This document shows positions 38,415 to 47,582 of a stretch of DNA of 64,000 bases, in pieces. A program made the translations under genes and the position numbers. The stretch covers positions 1,984,001 through 2,048,000 of the forward strand of contig OZ244852.1 in assembly GCA_965220965.1 (NCBI GenBank), given 5' to 3'. The stretch comes from Candidatus Marinacidobacterium sp. GTDB lineage: Bacteria; Acidobacteriota; Vicinamibacteria; Marinacidobacterales; Marinacidobacteraceae. Position 1 is the first letter of the stretch. Each line of letters opens with the position of its first letter. The notes under the pieces were generated by a model. It was not told the origin of the DNA, did not search any database, and was given only the letters and a program-made list of their open reading frames with translations.

Positions 38415-39265
38415 TCGTCCGGCGGCGGCGGAGCCAGCCCGCCGATCCGGATCGCCCCGAAATCCTGCTCCTGGGTGAGGGACACGCGGCGGCGCCGGGC
38501 CAGTTCGAGAAGCGCCAGGAACGCCGCGATCAGAACGGGGCGGTGGACGTTCCCGGCGAGGTCGGCGCCGATCAGCTCGAAGAGCAGGTCCTCGAAGTCG
38601 CGGCTGGTCCCGGGCGGCAGCGCGGTCTCGAAGCGTCGGATCAGCTCCTCGACCGAGACCTGCGGACGGGGCAGTGGCGGGGACGGCCGGGCGCGGGCGC
38701 GGGCCACGACCCGGCGGAAGGCCTCCACGACGGCGAAGAGGTCCACGTCCCCGCCAGCGAGGAACTCCTGCGCTCCGGCGACGCCAGTGAGCGAGGAGCC
38801 GTTCGCCGAGGGCGCGGACGGCGGGCGGGACCACACCGCGCGGCGCTCCTCGAGGTTCCGGCGCAGCTTCCGGGCGGCGTCGCGGTAGCGGGAATAGTCG
38901 GCGAGGCGCGCCTCGAGCTCGGCGAGCGCGTCACCCCCGGCGCCCTCGGCGGAGAGCCGCGGCCGGGGGAGCAGCCGGTGGGCCTTGATCCGCAGCAGCG
39001 CGGTGGCCAGCTTCAGGAACTCGGAGCCCACCTCGAGGTCCAGCATTTCCATGACCTCGAGCGCATCGAGGTACTGGCGCGTGAGCCGGGAGATCTCGAT
39101 CCGCAGCGGATCGGCCCGCCCATCGCGGACCATCCGCAGCAGGAGCTCGAGCGGACCGTCGAAGCCCTGATCGGTCCCGCTCCCCGGATCCAGACGGACG
39201 TGGTACGCCGCCTCCGGGACGGCGTCTCCGGCTTCGGAGTCCGCCCGGTAGAGGGTGGGGCTCAT
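38411..39265 (-). CDS. scpA: Segregation/condensation protein A
   Basis: FDGPLELLL, SEFLKLATALLRIKAHRLLP, FLALLEL, Q.QDFG.I. Confidence 0.92.
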   Translation of the reverse strand: MSPTLYRADSEAGDAVPEAAYHVRLDPGSGTDQGFDGPLELLLRMVRDGRADPLRIEISRLTRQYLDALEVMEMLDLEVGSEFLKLATALLRIKAHRLLPRPRLSAEGAGGDALAELEARLADYSRYRDAARKLRRNLEERRAVWSRPPSAPSANGSSLTGVAGAQEFLAGGDVDLFAVVEAFRRVVARARARPSPPLPRPQVSVEELIRRFETALPPGTSRDFEDLLFELIGADLAGNVHRPVLIAAFLALLELARRRRVSLTQEQDFGAIRIGGLAPPPPDE

Positions 39266-39282
39266 GCGCGCCGCCCTCCTCC

Positions 39283-40371
39283 TCAGTCGGCGCGCGAGGA
39301 AGCGGGACGAAGGGGCGGAGCGTCCCCGAGGTCGCCGGCGCCGGGAAGCCGCACTGCCGCGCGCACCCGCTCCATCGTGGCGCCGGCGGCCTCCGCCGCG
39401 ACCCGGCGGCCCTCGGCGAGAACGTCGCGGACATCGTCGGGATGCTTCTCGTACTCCCTTCGGCGCTCGGCGATCGGCCCGATCTCCGCCGTCAGGTGGT
39501 CGGCGAGCGCGGTCTTGCACTGGATGCAGCCGATTTCGGCGCTGCGGCAGCCGGCGGCGGCCCACTCGCGGGTCGGCTCGTCGGAGAAGATGCGGTGCAG
39601 GTCGAAGACCGGGCACTTCGCCGGATCGCCGGGGTCGCGGAGCCGCTTCCGCGCCGGATCGGTCTGCATCGTCTTGAGCTTCGACCGGATGTCCTTCTCG
39701 TCCTCGGCGATCCCGATGGTGTTCCCGAAGCTCTTGGACATCTTGCGGCCGTCGGTCCCGGGAAGCCGGGGCGAGGCGGTGAGCCGGACCGCGGGCTCGC
39801 TGAGCACCGGGCCGAAGATCCCGTTGAACCGGCGGGCGATCTCGCGGGTCAGCTCGACGTGCGGACTCTGGTCCTCGCCCACCGGCACGACGGCGGCGTC
39901 GTAGATCAGGATGTCCGCCGCCTGGAGGACCGGATACCCGAGGAAGCCGTAGGTGTGCAGGTCGCGCTCGCGCAGCTCGCGGATGAGGTCCTTGTAGGTC
40001 GGGACGCGCTCCAGCCAGCCGAGAGGGACCACCATCGAGAGCAGGAGATGGAGTTCGGCGTGCTCGCGCACCTGGGACTGGACGAAGAGGGTGCAGCGCG
40101 CCGGGTCGAGCCCCACCGCCAGCCAGTCGGTGGCGATGTCGAGGGTGTTCCGCCGCAGTTCGCTGGTGTCCCGGTAGTCGGTGGTGAGCGCGTGCCAGTC
40201 CACGACGCAGTAGAAGGCGTCGAACTCGTCCTGCATCGCCACCCAGTTGCGGTAGGCGCCGACGAGGTGCCCGAGGTGGGAGGACCCGGTGGGCCGCATC
40301 CCGGAGAGAAGCCGGTCGCGCTGCTCCCGGGGCGGGGCCTCGCCGGCGACGGTGGATTTGGGGTCGGGCAT
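39283..40371 (-). CDS. trpS: Tryptophan--tRNA ligase
   Basis: SGMRPTG..HLGH, YPVLQAADIL, VPVGEDQ, KMSKS. Confidence 0.97.
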   Translation of the reverse strand: MPDPKSTVAGEAPPREQRDRLLSGMRPTGSSHLGHLVGAYRNWVAMQDEFDAFYCVVDWHALTTDYRDTSELRRNTLDIATDWLAVGLDPARCTLFVQSQVREHAELHLLLSMVVPLGWLERVPTYKDLIRELRERDLHTYGFLGYPVLQAADILIYDAAVVPVGEDQSPHVELTREIARRFNGIFGPVLSEPAVRLTASPRLPGTDGRKMSKSFGNTIGIAEDEKDIRSKLKTMQTDPARKRLRDPGDPAKCPVFDLHRIFSDEPTREWAAAGCRSAEIGCIQCKTALADHLTAEIGPIAERRREYEKHPDDVRDVLAEGRRVAAEAAGATMERVRAAVRLPGAGDLGDAPPLRPASSRAD

Positions 40372-40385
40372 GAAGCGCCGCGATT

Positions 40386-42254
40386 CTACGGGGCGGGGGC
40401 GGGAGATCCGGCTGGCCGCGCCGCGTCGCCGGAAGCGTCTCCCGGATCCGGGGCCCGCTCCGGGTGGAGCCGGGAGTGGAGCTTCGCGGCGAGCGCCGGG
40501 CCCACGGCGCGGGCGAGTTCCGCCTCGGGGGCGCGGGCCACATCGCGCAGGCTGCCGAACCGGCTCAGCAGCGCCGCCCGGCGGCGGGGGCCGATCCCGG
40601 GGACGGCGTCGAGCGCGGAGCGCAGGGTCTCCGCCTTCCGCGTCCGGCGGTGGTAGGTGATCGCGAACCGGTGCGCCTCATCGCGCGCGCGCTGGAGAAG
40701 CTGGAGCGCCGGGGAGTTGCGGGAGAGGCGGAGCGGGTCCGGCGCTCCCGGCCGGAACACCTCCTCCTCGCGCTTCGCGAGCCCGATGTGGGGGATGTGG
40801 CTCAGGCCCAGATCGTGGAGCGCCGCCGCCGCCGAACCGAGCTGGCCCGGACCCCCGTCCACCAGGATCAGGTCGGGCAGCTCCTGCCCCTCGGTGAGGA
40901 CCCGGCGGTAGCGGCGCAGGACAACCTCCTTCATCGAGCGGTAGTCGTCCGGCTTGCCGGCGACGCTGCGGATCCGGAACCGGCGGTACGCCGAGGGCAG
41001 CGGCTCCCCCCGCTCCAGGACGACCATCGACGCCACGACCTGCCGGCCCCCCAGGTTCGAGATGTCGAACGCCTCGATCCGGCGCGGGTCAGCGGCGAGG
41101 TCGAGCGCCTCGCGGAGCGCCTGGACCCGGCGAGCCGCCTTCTTCCCCGACTCGGTGAAGTCCAGATCGAAGGCGATCCGGGCGTTGCGCGCCACCAGGT
41201 CCACCATCCGGCGGCGGGTGCCGCGCACCGGGACGTGGAGATCCACCTTCCCGTCGCGCTTCTCCCCGAGCCACTCGGCGACCAGCGGGCGGTCGGGGAA
41301 GTCGAAGGGGATCTCGATGCGCGGCGGGATCTCGCGTCCGAGGTCGTAGAACCGCATGAGCGCCGCCTCGAGGAGGCCGCCGTCGTCCACCGGAGGCAGC
41401 TCGCGGAGCGCGAAGCCGTCGCGGTCGACGACCTTCCCGCCCCGGACGAGGAACACCGCGAGATGGGCGCGGTCGCCTTCGCGGTGGAGCCCGAAGACGT
41501 CGAGCGCCCGGTTGCCGGCGCCCGCCATCTTCTGGCGGTCGTTCAGTTCGGCGAGCAGCCGGAGGCTGTCCCGCAGGCGGGCGGCCTCCTCGAAGTTCTC
41601 GGCGTCCGCCTCCGCGCGCATCCGCCGGGTGAGCGACGCGGTCAGCTCGGTCGTGCGGCCCAGCAGGAACAGCCGGGCCGCCTCGGCGGCGGCGCGGTAG
41701 TCGTCCTTCGAGCACACCGAGTCCACGCACGGCGCGACGCAGCGGCGGATCTGGTACTGAAGGCAGGGACGGGGGCGGCGGCCGTTGAGCTGCTCGCGGC
41801 AGTTCCGGATGCCGAACAGCCGGTGGGTGAGGCTCATGCTCCGCCGGGCGAGGCTCGCCGGGAACCAGGGCCCGGCGTAGACCGCCCCATCGTTGCCCGC
41901 GCCGCGGACGATGTGGACCCGGGGGTACTCCTCGTTCATCGTGAGCCGCACGAGCGGCGGGTTCTTGTCGTCCCGGAGGAGGACGTTGTAACGCGGCTGG
42001 CGCGTCTTGATGAGGTTGTTCTCGAGGAGGAGCGCCTCCCGGACCGAGTCGGTGACGACGACCTCGATGTCCTCGACGCGCGAGAGCAACCCGTCCTTGC
42101 GCGCATCCTGCGGCGAACTGCGGAAGTGCGACAGGACCCGGGCGCGGATCGAGGCGGCCTTGCCCACATAGAGCGTCTCCCCTTCCCGGGACCGGAACAG
42201 GTAGACGCCCGCGCTCTCCGGGAGGCGGGCGATCCGGGCGTCGAGACCGGGCAA
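40386..42254 (-). CDS. uvrC: Excinuclease ABC subunit C
   Basis: LPESAGVYLF, YVGKA, PRYN, ENFEEAARLRD, RIEAFDISN, DLILVDGG.GQ, RDEAHRFA, HhH GIGP; start (TTG) uncertain. Confidence 0.95.
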   Translation of the reverse strand: MPGLDARIARLPESAGVYLFRSREGETLYVGKAASIRARVLSHFRSSPQDARKDGLLSRVEDIEVVVTDSVREALLLENNLIKTRQPRYNVLLRDDKNPPLVRLTMNEEYPRVHIVRGAGNDGAVYAGPWFPASLARRSMSLTHRLFGIRNCREQLNGRRPRPCLQYQIRRCVAPCVDSVCSKDDYRAAAEAARLFLLGRTTELTASLTRRMRAEADAENFEEAARLRDSLRLLAELNDRQKMAGAGNRALDVFGLHREGDRAHLAVFLVRGGKVVDRDGFALRELPPVDDGGLLEAALMRFYDLGREIPPRIEIPFDFPDRPLVAEWLGEKRDGKVDLHVPVRGTRRRMVDLVARNARIAFDLDFTESGKKAARRVQALREALDLAADPRRIEAFDISNLGGRQVVASMVVLERGEPLPSAYRRFRIRSVAGKPDDYRSMKEVVLRRYRRVLTEGQELPDLILVDGGPGQLGSAAAALHDLGLSHIPHIGLAKREEEVFRPGAPDPLRLSRNSPALQLLQRARDEAHRFAITYHRRTRKAETLRSALDAVPGIGPRRRAALLSRFGSLRDVARAPEAELARAVGPALAAKLHSRLHPERAPDPGDASGDAARPAGSPAPAP

Positions 42255-42384
42255 GGAGGTCGTGGGAGCGATGGCGGAAAAGGTGGGTCGGCGGAGCGCC
42301 GGCGCGCCGCGTTCGTGAGCGTAGCGGAGGGGTGGAGCGGCGGCGGCCATCCGCGGGGAGGACGCCATGTAGGATGCGCCGCCC

Positions 42385-43356
42385 ATGTCCCAGGCCATTC
42401 GCATCGAGCAGCACGGCGGCCCCGAGGCCCTCACTCTCGGGGACGCCCCCGACCGCAGCCCGGGCCCCGGGGAAGCCGCCGTCACGGTCGCGGCCGCCGG
42501 GGTCAACTTCATCGACACCTACCACCGCAGCGGCCTCTACCCGGTCGCCACCCCGTTCACACCCGGCGTCGAGGGCGCCGGCGTGGTCGAGTCGGTGGGC
42601 GAGGGCGTCACCTCGGTCGCCCCCGGCGACCGGGTCGGCTGGGTCATGCAGCTCGGCAGCTACGCCGGGCGCGCCGTGCTCCCGGCGGACAAGCTGGTTC
42701 GCCTGCCGGAGGAGGTCTCCGAGGAGCAGGCCGCCGCCGCACTCCTCCAGGGGATGACCGCGCACTACCTGGTCCGGTCCACCTTCCGGGTGCAGTCGGG
42801 GATGCCGGTCCTGATCCACGCCGCCGCTGGCGGCATGGGGCTGCTGCTGTGCCAGATGTGCCGCAACCTCGGGGCCCGGGTGTTCGGCACCGTCTCCACC
42901 GAGGCGAAGGCCGAGGCGGCGCGGGAGGCGGGGGCCGACGTGGTGATCCGCTACACCGAGACGGACTTCGCCGAAGCGGTCTCGGCGGACCTGGGCGAGG
43001 AAGGGCTCGCCGTCGTGTATGACGGAGTGGGCGCCACCACCTGGGAGCGCAGCCTGGGGCTGCTCCGGCCCCGGGGGATGCTCGTCCTCTACGGCAACGC
43101 CTCGGGACCGGTGCCCCCGATCGACCCGCTGCGGCTGTCGCAGGCCGGATCGGTCTTCCTCACCCGCCCGACGCTCGCCGACTACGTGCGGACGACGGAC
43201 GAGCTGCGCTGGCGCTCCGGCGAGGTCCTCGAGGCGGTGGGCGCCGGGAAGCTCCGGCTGACGATCGACCGGGAACTGCCGCTCGCCGAGGCGGGGGAGG
43301 CCCACCGGCTCCTCGAGAGCCGCGCCACCTCGGGCAAGCTGCTGCTCCGGCCCTAG
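42385..43356 (+). CDS. qor: Quinone oxidoreductase (zeta-crystallin/MDR family)
   Basis: GVNFIDTYHRSGLY, LQGMTAHYL, HAAAGGMG, YGNASG, FLTRPTL. Confidence 0.92.
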   Translation: MSQAIRIEQHGGPEALTLGDAPDRSPGPGEAAVTVAAAGVNFIDTYHRSGLYPVATPFTPGVEGAGVVESVGEGVTSVAPGDRVGWVMQLGSYAGRAVLPADKLVRLPEEVSEEQAAAALLQGMTAHYLVRSTFRVQSGMPVLIHAAAGGMGLLLCQMCRNLGARVFGTVSTEAKAEAAREAGADVVIRYTETDFAEAVSADLGEEGLAVVYDGVGATTWERSLGLLRPRGMLVLYGNASGPVPPIDPLRLSQAGSVFLTRPTLADYVRTTDELRWRSGEVLEAVGAGKLRLTIDRELPLAEAGEAHRLLESRATSGKLLLRP

Positions 43357-43426
43357 CCGCGGGAAAGGGGCGCCGCTCGCGGTCCGGTTGCTGCCGGTGA
43401 TCACTCGTCAGGGGGAGGTCGTAACA

Positions 43427-43493
43427 GGCCATATATGGCCGTTAGAGATCGTATGGAGCGATAAAGCGTCACATGAGGCACGCTATAGTGCCT
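43427..43493. promoter_or_regulatory. Operator-like palindromes upstream of the HTH-hipA operon
   Basis: Perfect 14-bp palindrome GGCCATATATGGCC (43427-43440); AGGCAC-N6-GTGCCT (43476-43493) overlapping TATAGT. Confidence 0.55.
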
Positions 43494-43536
43494 ACCGCCG
43501 CTTCGGTTCCATCACTCCGAAGGACGCCACCCGATC

Positions 43537-43854
43537 ATGGGCGCCATCGTCGCCACCAGCCGGACGCCGGACGTGCTGCGCGAGGTCGGGTCGCGCCTGA
43601 AGGCGCTGCGGCTCCAGCAGAACCGGCGCGTCAGCGACGTCGCCGCCGACTCCGGCGTCAGCTCGCGCACGATCCACCGGCTCGAGTCGGGGCGGCCCAT
43701 CGGGACCGAGAACCTGGTGCGCGTCCTGCGCGCGCTGGGACGGCTGCAGGCCCTCGAGACTCTCGTTCCGGTTCCGGTTGTGTCGCCCTACGACGTCGAA
43801 CGGCTGCGGGGGAAGGTGCGCCAGCGCGCCTCGCGAGGGAGTCGTGGATGGTGA
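43537..43854 (+). CDS. XRE-family HTH protein, HipB-like antitoxin
   Basis: GSRLKALRLQQN...VAADSGVSSRTIHRLESG; overlaps hipA start. Confidence 0.85.
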   Translation: MGAIVATSRTPDVLREVGSRLKALRLQQNRRVSDVAADSGVSSRTIHRLESGRPIGTENLVRVLRALGRLQALETLVPVPVVSPYDVERLRGKVRQRASRGSRGW

Positions 43855-45148
43855 GCTGAGGGTCCGCGTCCGGCTCTGGGGGCGCGAGGTCGGGATGCTC
43901 CGCGAGGAGGCGAACGGCCGCATCACCTTCGAATACGACCCCGGGTTCCGGGCTTCCGGCCTCGAGATCTCACCGGTCCATCTACCAGTGGAGCTCCCGG
44001 GCCCGGCCTCCTTCCCGGAACTGGCGCGGAAGCGGGCCTTTCTCGGCCTCCCGGGCGTCTTCGCCGACGCGCTGCCGGACGCGTTCGGCAACGCCGTCAT
44101 CCGCCGCTACTTCGAGCAGCGCGGGCGGCCGGCGGACGCCATGTCGCCGCTCCAGCGCCTGCTCTACATCGGCGACCGGGCGATGGGCGCGCTCGAGTTC
44201 GCGCCTCCGGTGGATCCGGGTCCGTCAACCGAAGAGGCGCTCGAGGTCCGGGCGCTGGTGGACCAGGCGCGCCGGGTGATCGCGGGGGATGCATCGGTCG
44301 CTGTCCCGGAGATCCTGCAGGTCGGCGGCAGCGCCGGCGGCGCGCGGCCCAAGGCGCTCGTCCTGTGGGACCGGGCGCGGAACCGCGTCCGTTCGGGGTT
44401 CGCCCGGCCCCGTCCCGGCGAGGCGCCGTGGATCATCAAGTTCGATGGCGCCACGCGGGACCCGGCGGGTCCGGGAGTGCGCGCCGGCGGAGGCCCGGGG
44501 CCCTGGGGGCGGGTCGAATACGCGTACTCGCTCATGGCGCGAAGCGCCGGGATCGAGATGCCGGAGACGCACCTGCTCCGCGACCGGGACTTCGCCCACT
44601 TCATGGTGCGGCGCTTCGACCGCGCGCCGGACCCCTCGCGCGGACCGTTCCGGCGTCTCCACTTCCACAGCCTGGGAGGGCTGCAGCACATCGACTTCAA
44701 CGACCAGTACGTCTTCAGCTACGAGGGATGGATCGACACGATCCGAGCCGTCGGGCTCGGGCAGGAGGCGGTGAACGAGGCGTTCCGCCGCATGGTCTTC
44801 GCGGTGGCCACGGTCAACTTCGACGACCACGTCAAGAACCACGGCCTGCTGATGAATCCGGAGGGCCGGTGGCGGCTCGCGCCCGCCTACGACGTGACCT
44901 TCGCGGAAAACGACGCCTGGACCCGCCAGCACCAGATGTCGGTCAACGGCAGGTTCCGGGACATCACCCGCCGCGACCTGCTGAAGGTCGGCGAGGCGTT
45001 CGATGTCCCCGGCGACGGCCGCGACGTGATCGAAGAGGTGGCGGAGGCGGCCCGCGAGTGGCCGCGCCACGCCCGGGCGGCGGATACGCCGGAGGACGTG
45101 ACCGACGAGATCGGTCGGCGGCTGCGCGAGGTCGGCCGGGACCTGTAG
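43844..45148 (+). CDS. hipA: HipA-family Ser/Thr kinase toxin
   Basis: FADALPD.FG, GSAGGARPKA, WIIKFD, RRFDR, NFDDHVKNH, LAPAYDVT. Confidence 0.92.
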   Translation: MDGELRVRVRLWGREVGMLREEANGRITFEYDPGFRASGLEISPVHLPVELPGPASFPELARKRAFLGLPGVFADALPDAFGNAVIRRYFEQRGRPADAMSPLQRLLYIGDRAMGALEFAPPVDPGPSTEEALEVRALVDQARRVIAGDASVAVPEILQVGGSAGGARPKALVLWDRARNRVRSGFARPRPGEAPWIIKFDGATRDPAGPGVRAGGGPGPWGRVEYAYSLMARSAGIEMPETHLLRDRDFAHFMVRRFDRAPDPSRGPFRRLHFHSLGGLQHIDFNDQYVFSYEGWIDTIRAVGLGQEAVNEAFRRMVFAVATVNFDDHVKNHGLLMNPEGRWRLAPAYDVTFAENDAWTRQHQMSVNGRFRDITRRDLLKVGEAFDVPGDGRDVIEEVAEAAREWPRHARAADTPEDVTDEIGRRLREVGRDL

Positions 45149-45166
45149 CCGCCGGAGCGGCGTCCG

Positions 45167-46207
45167 CTACCCGGGCGCTCCGCCGGCGAGGGTCCGGAAC
45201 GCGGCGGCGATCTCTTCAGCCGACCGGTTCGCGCCCAGGGCCGCCACCAGGAGCATCCGCGCCTTCAGGCCGTCGAGATCCTCGCCGGAGACCACCCCGA
45301 GCTGGAGGAGTCGCTCGGGCAGGACGACCCGGCCCCCGCCGGTCCGGGTGGTGAACACGACGAGGACTCCGGCGGCCATCGCCGCCTCGATCGCCTCCAT
45401 CGCCGGAGGCGGGACGTTCCCCCGGCCGAAGGTCTCGATGACGAGCCCGCGGACTCCCTGTTCCACCGCGGCCCGCACCGGCCCGGCGCCCCCGCCGGCG
45501 GTGAGGCGCACCAGCTCGACCCGGGGCTCCACCGCAGCGGCCGGCAGATGGACCCGGCGCCTTGGGGTGGAGAAGAGCCACAGCTCGCCGTCGTCCACCA
45601 TCCCCGCCGGCCCGGTGTCCGGGGAGGCGAACGCGTGGAGGGCGATCGAATGCGTCTTCTCCACTTCCCGGGCGGCGTGGATCTGCGAGTTCAGGACGAC
45701 GAGGACCCCGAGGTCGCGGGCGCGGGGCGACGCCGCCAACCGGATCGCATCCAGCAGGTTCCGGGGACCGTCGGTGTCCTCGAACCGGGGCGGCCGCTGG
45801 GCGGCGGCGAAGACCACCGGCCGGCCCGCCGGGAGGAGCAGGTCGAGCAGGAACGCGGTCTCCTCGAGCGAATCCGTGCCGTGGGTGATCACGATCCCGG
45901 CGAGCGCGGGCCGCTCGGCGAACACCTCGGCCACCCGGGCGGCGAGGCCGTGCTGCAGCTCGGGCGTCATCCGGGAGCTGCCGACCCGCAGGTAGTCCTC
46001 GGTCGTGACCGAGGCGACTTCGGCCAGACCCGGCAGCGCCGCCCGCAGGTCGGCGGCGTTCAGCGGCCCGGCGGCCCCGCCGGAGATTGTCCCGCCGGTT
46101 CCGATGAGGTGGACCTGCGGGAGCGGCTGCGCGGCGACGACGACGGAGGGCAGGAGCGCGGCGAGGCCGACACCGGCCATCCAGCGGGAGACACGACGAT
46201 GGAGCAT
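45167..46207 (-). CDS. Asparaginase/glutaminase, secreted
   Basis: Signal peptide; IGTGGTIS, THGTDSLEETA, DGPRNL, KARMLL. Confidence 0.9.
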   Translation of the reverse strand: MLHRRVSRWMAGVGLAALLPSVVVAAQPLPQVHLIGTGGTISGGAAGPLNAADLRAALPGLAEVASVTTEDYLRVGSSRMTPELQHGLAARVAEVFAERPALAGIVITHGTDSLEETAFLLDLLLPAGRPVVFAAAQRPPRFEDTDGPRNLLDAIRLAASPRARDLGVLVVLNSQIHAAREVEKTHSIALHAFASPDTGPAGMVDDGELWLFSTPRRRVHLPAAAVEPRVELVRLTAGGGAGPVRAAVEQGVRGLVIETFGRGNVPPPAMEAIEAAMAAGVLVVFTTRTGGGRVVLPERLLQLGVVSGEDLDGLKARMLLVAALGANRSAEEIAAAFRTLAGGAPG

Positions 46208-46317
46208 GGTCGCGGGGTTATACCGGCATTGCCTGCGAACGGAACCCTCGGCTCCGTGGGCCGCATGTTTCCGCTGTCGGACGTAGGATCGGACCCGTTC
46301 AGCCCCGGACCCGAACC

Positions 46318-46560
46318 ATGGCCACCATCACGATCCGCAACGTCAACGAGGATCTGATCGCCGGGCTTCGGGTTCGCGCCGCCGCAAACGACCGCTCGGT
46401 GGAAGAGGAAGCACACGCCATCCTCCGCGACTTCGTCAAGCGCAAGGCGGGTTCCCGAAACCTGGTGAGCATCATCCGCTCGCACTTCGGGCCGGAGCGA
46501 GGCGTGCAGATGGAGTTGCCTCCACGCGGTCCGGGACGCGAGCCACCCTCGTTCGACTGA
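46318..46560 (+). CDS. FitA-like ribbon-helix-helix antitoxin (no adjacent toxin)
   Basis: MATITIRNV..L...LRVRAAANDRSVEEEAHAIL; C-terminal ELPPR...PPSFD. Confidence 0.88.
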   Translation: MATITIRNVNEDLIAGLRVRAAANDRSVEEEAHAILRDFVKRKAGSRNLVSIIRSHFGPERGVQMELPPRGPGREPPSFD

Positions 46561-46655
46561 CCGGGTGTCCGCGGCTCGGACGCCGGACTCCAGGACGCCC
46601 GGACCGCGAAGGGCTCGTTCCGCGCGCCCCTTACGGGCGCTCCCGGCCCCGACCG

Positions 46656-47462
46656 TCAGTTGTCGGCGGTGACGATGTGGATCGCCCCGTTCAGGGTGCG
46701 AACCCGGCACTCGCCTTCGCCGTCGCCCAGGCGCACGTGCTTCCTCCGGCGGGTCGGCGTCTCGAGATGCTGCAGCTCCTCGCTCTCGACCACCACGCGG
46801 CCATTCACCGCGCGGGCGTCGACCTGGCCGTTGGCGCCCGGCCCGAAGGCGAGCTCGACCCGGCCGTTCGTGGTCCGGAAGGAATGCTCGGTCCCGGCGT
46901 CGAACCGCTCGAGTTCGCAGTCGATGCCGCCGTTCACGGTCTGGGCGTGCACGCTGCCGTGGTGTCCGCGGAGACGGATGGGGCCGTTCACGGTCTGCGC
47001 CTGGACATCCCCCTGGATGTCCGAGACGGACACCGGCCCGTTCACGCTGTCGATCCGGAGGTCGGCGTTCCGGGGCACGCGCACCTCGTATTCCACCCGG
47101 GCGTTCCCGCCACGCCAGAGGTGGCCGCGCCGGGGGTGAACGGTGCGGACCCGCACGCCGTCGGGCGTCTGATGGATCTCCACCTCCACCTCATCAAGCG
47201 CCGACTGGCTCGACCCGACCTTCCGGGCGGTGATCTCGGCGAGATCGCGCTCCCAGCCGGCGATGACGACCCGGCCGTTCAGGTTGCGGACTTCGAGGCG
47301 GTCACCCGGAGCGAACTCCTCGGTGAACACCTCGGTGCGCTCCGCGCCGGAGCCGGGCTGGAAGGCGATCGCGCACCCGGGAAGCGCGAGAACGAGCGGC
47401 GCGAGCGAGATCGGAGCCCAGCCGCGGGCGGAAAAGGGCCTGGAGAAGTCCGCGCGAGCCAT
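46656..47462 (-). CDS. DUF4097 beta-strand repeat lipoprotein
   Basis: Lipobox-like LPGC; repeated (S/T)VNG motifs; EYEVRVP. Confidence 0.82.
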   Translation of the reverse strand: MARADFSRPFSARGWAPISLAPLVLALPGCAIAFQPGSGAERTEVFTEEFAPGDRLEVRNLNGRVVIAGWERDLAEITARKVGSSQSALDEVEVEIHQTPDGVRVRTVHPRRGHLWRGGNARVEYEVRVPRNADLRIDSVNGPVSVSDIQGDVQAQTVNGPIRLRGHHGSVHAQTVNGGIDCELERFDAGTEHSFRTTNGRVELAFGPGANGQVDARAVNGRVVVESEELQHLETPTRRRKHVRLGDGEGECRVRTLNGAIHIVTADN

Positions 47463-47582
47463 GACGGAAAGGGGGAAACGATGGTCCCCCGCGAAAGGTT
47501 CCGCACGACTCGCGTCAGCCCCGCCGGTATCCTCGGGCGTTCCCCGCCGCGCCCCGCCGCGGCGCCGAACCGGGAGGACCTC

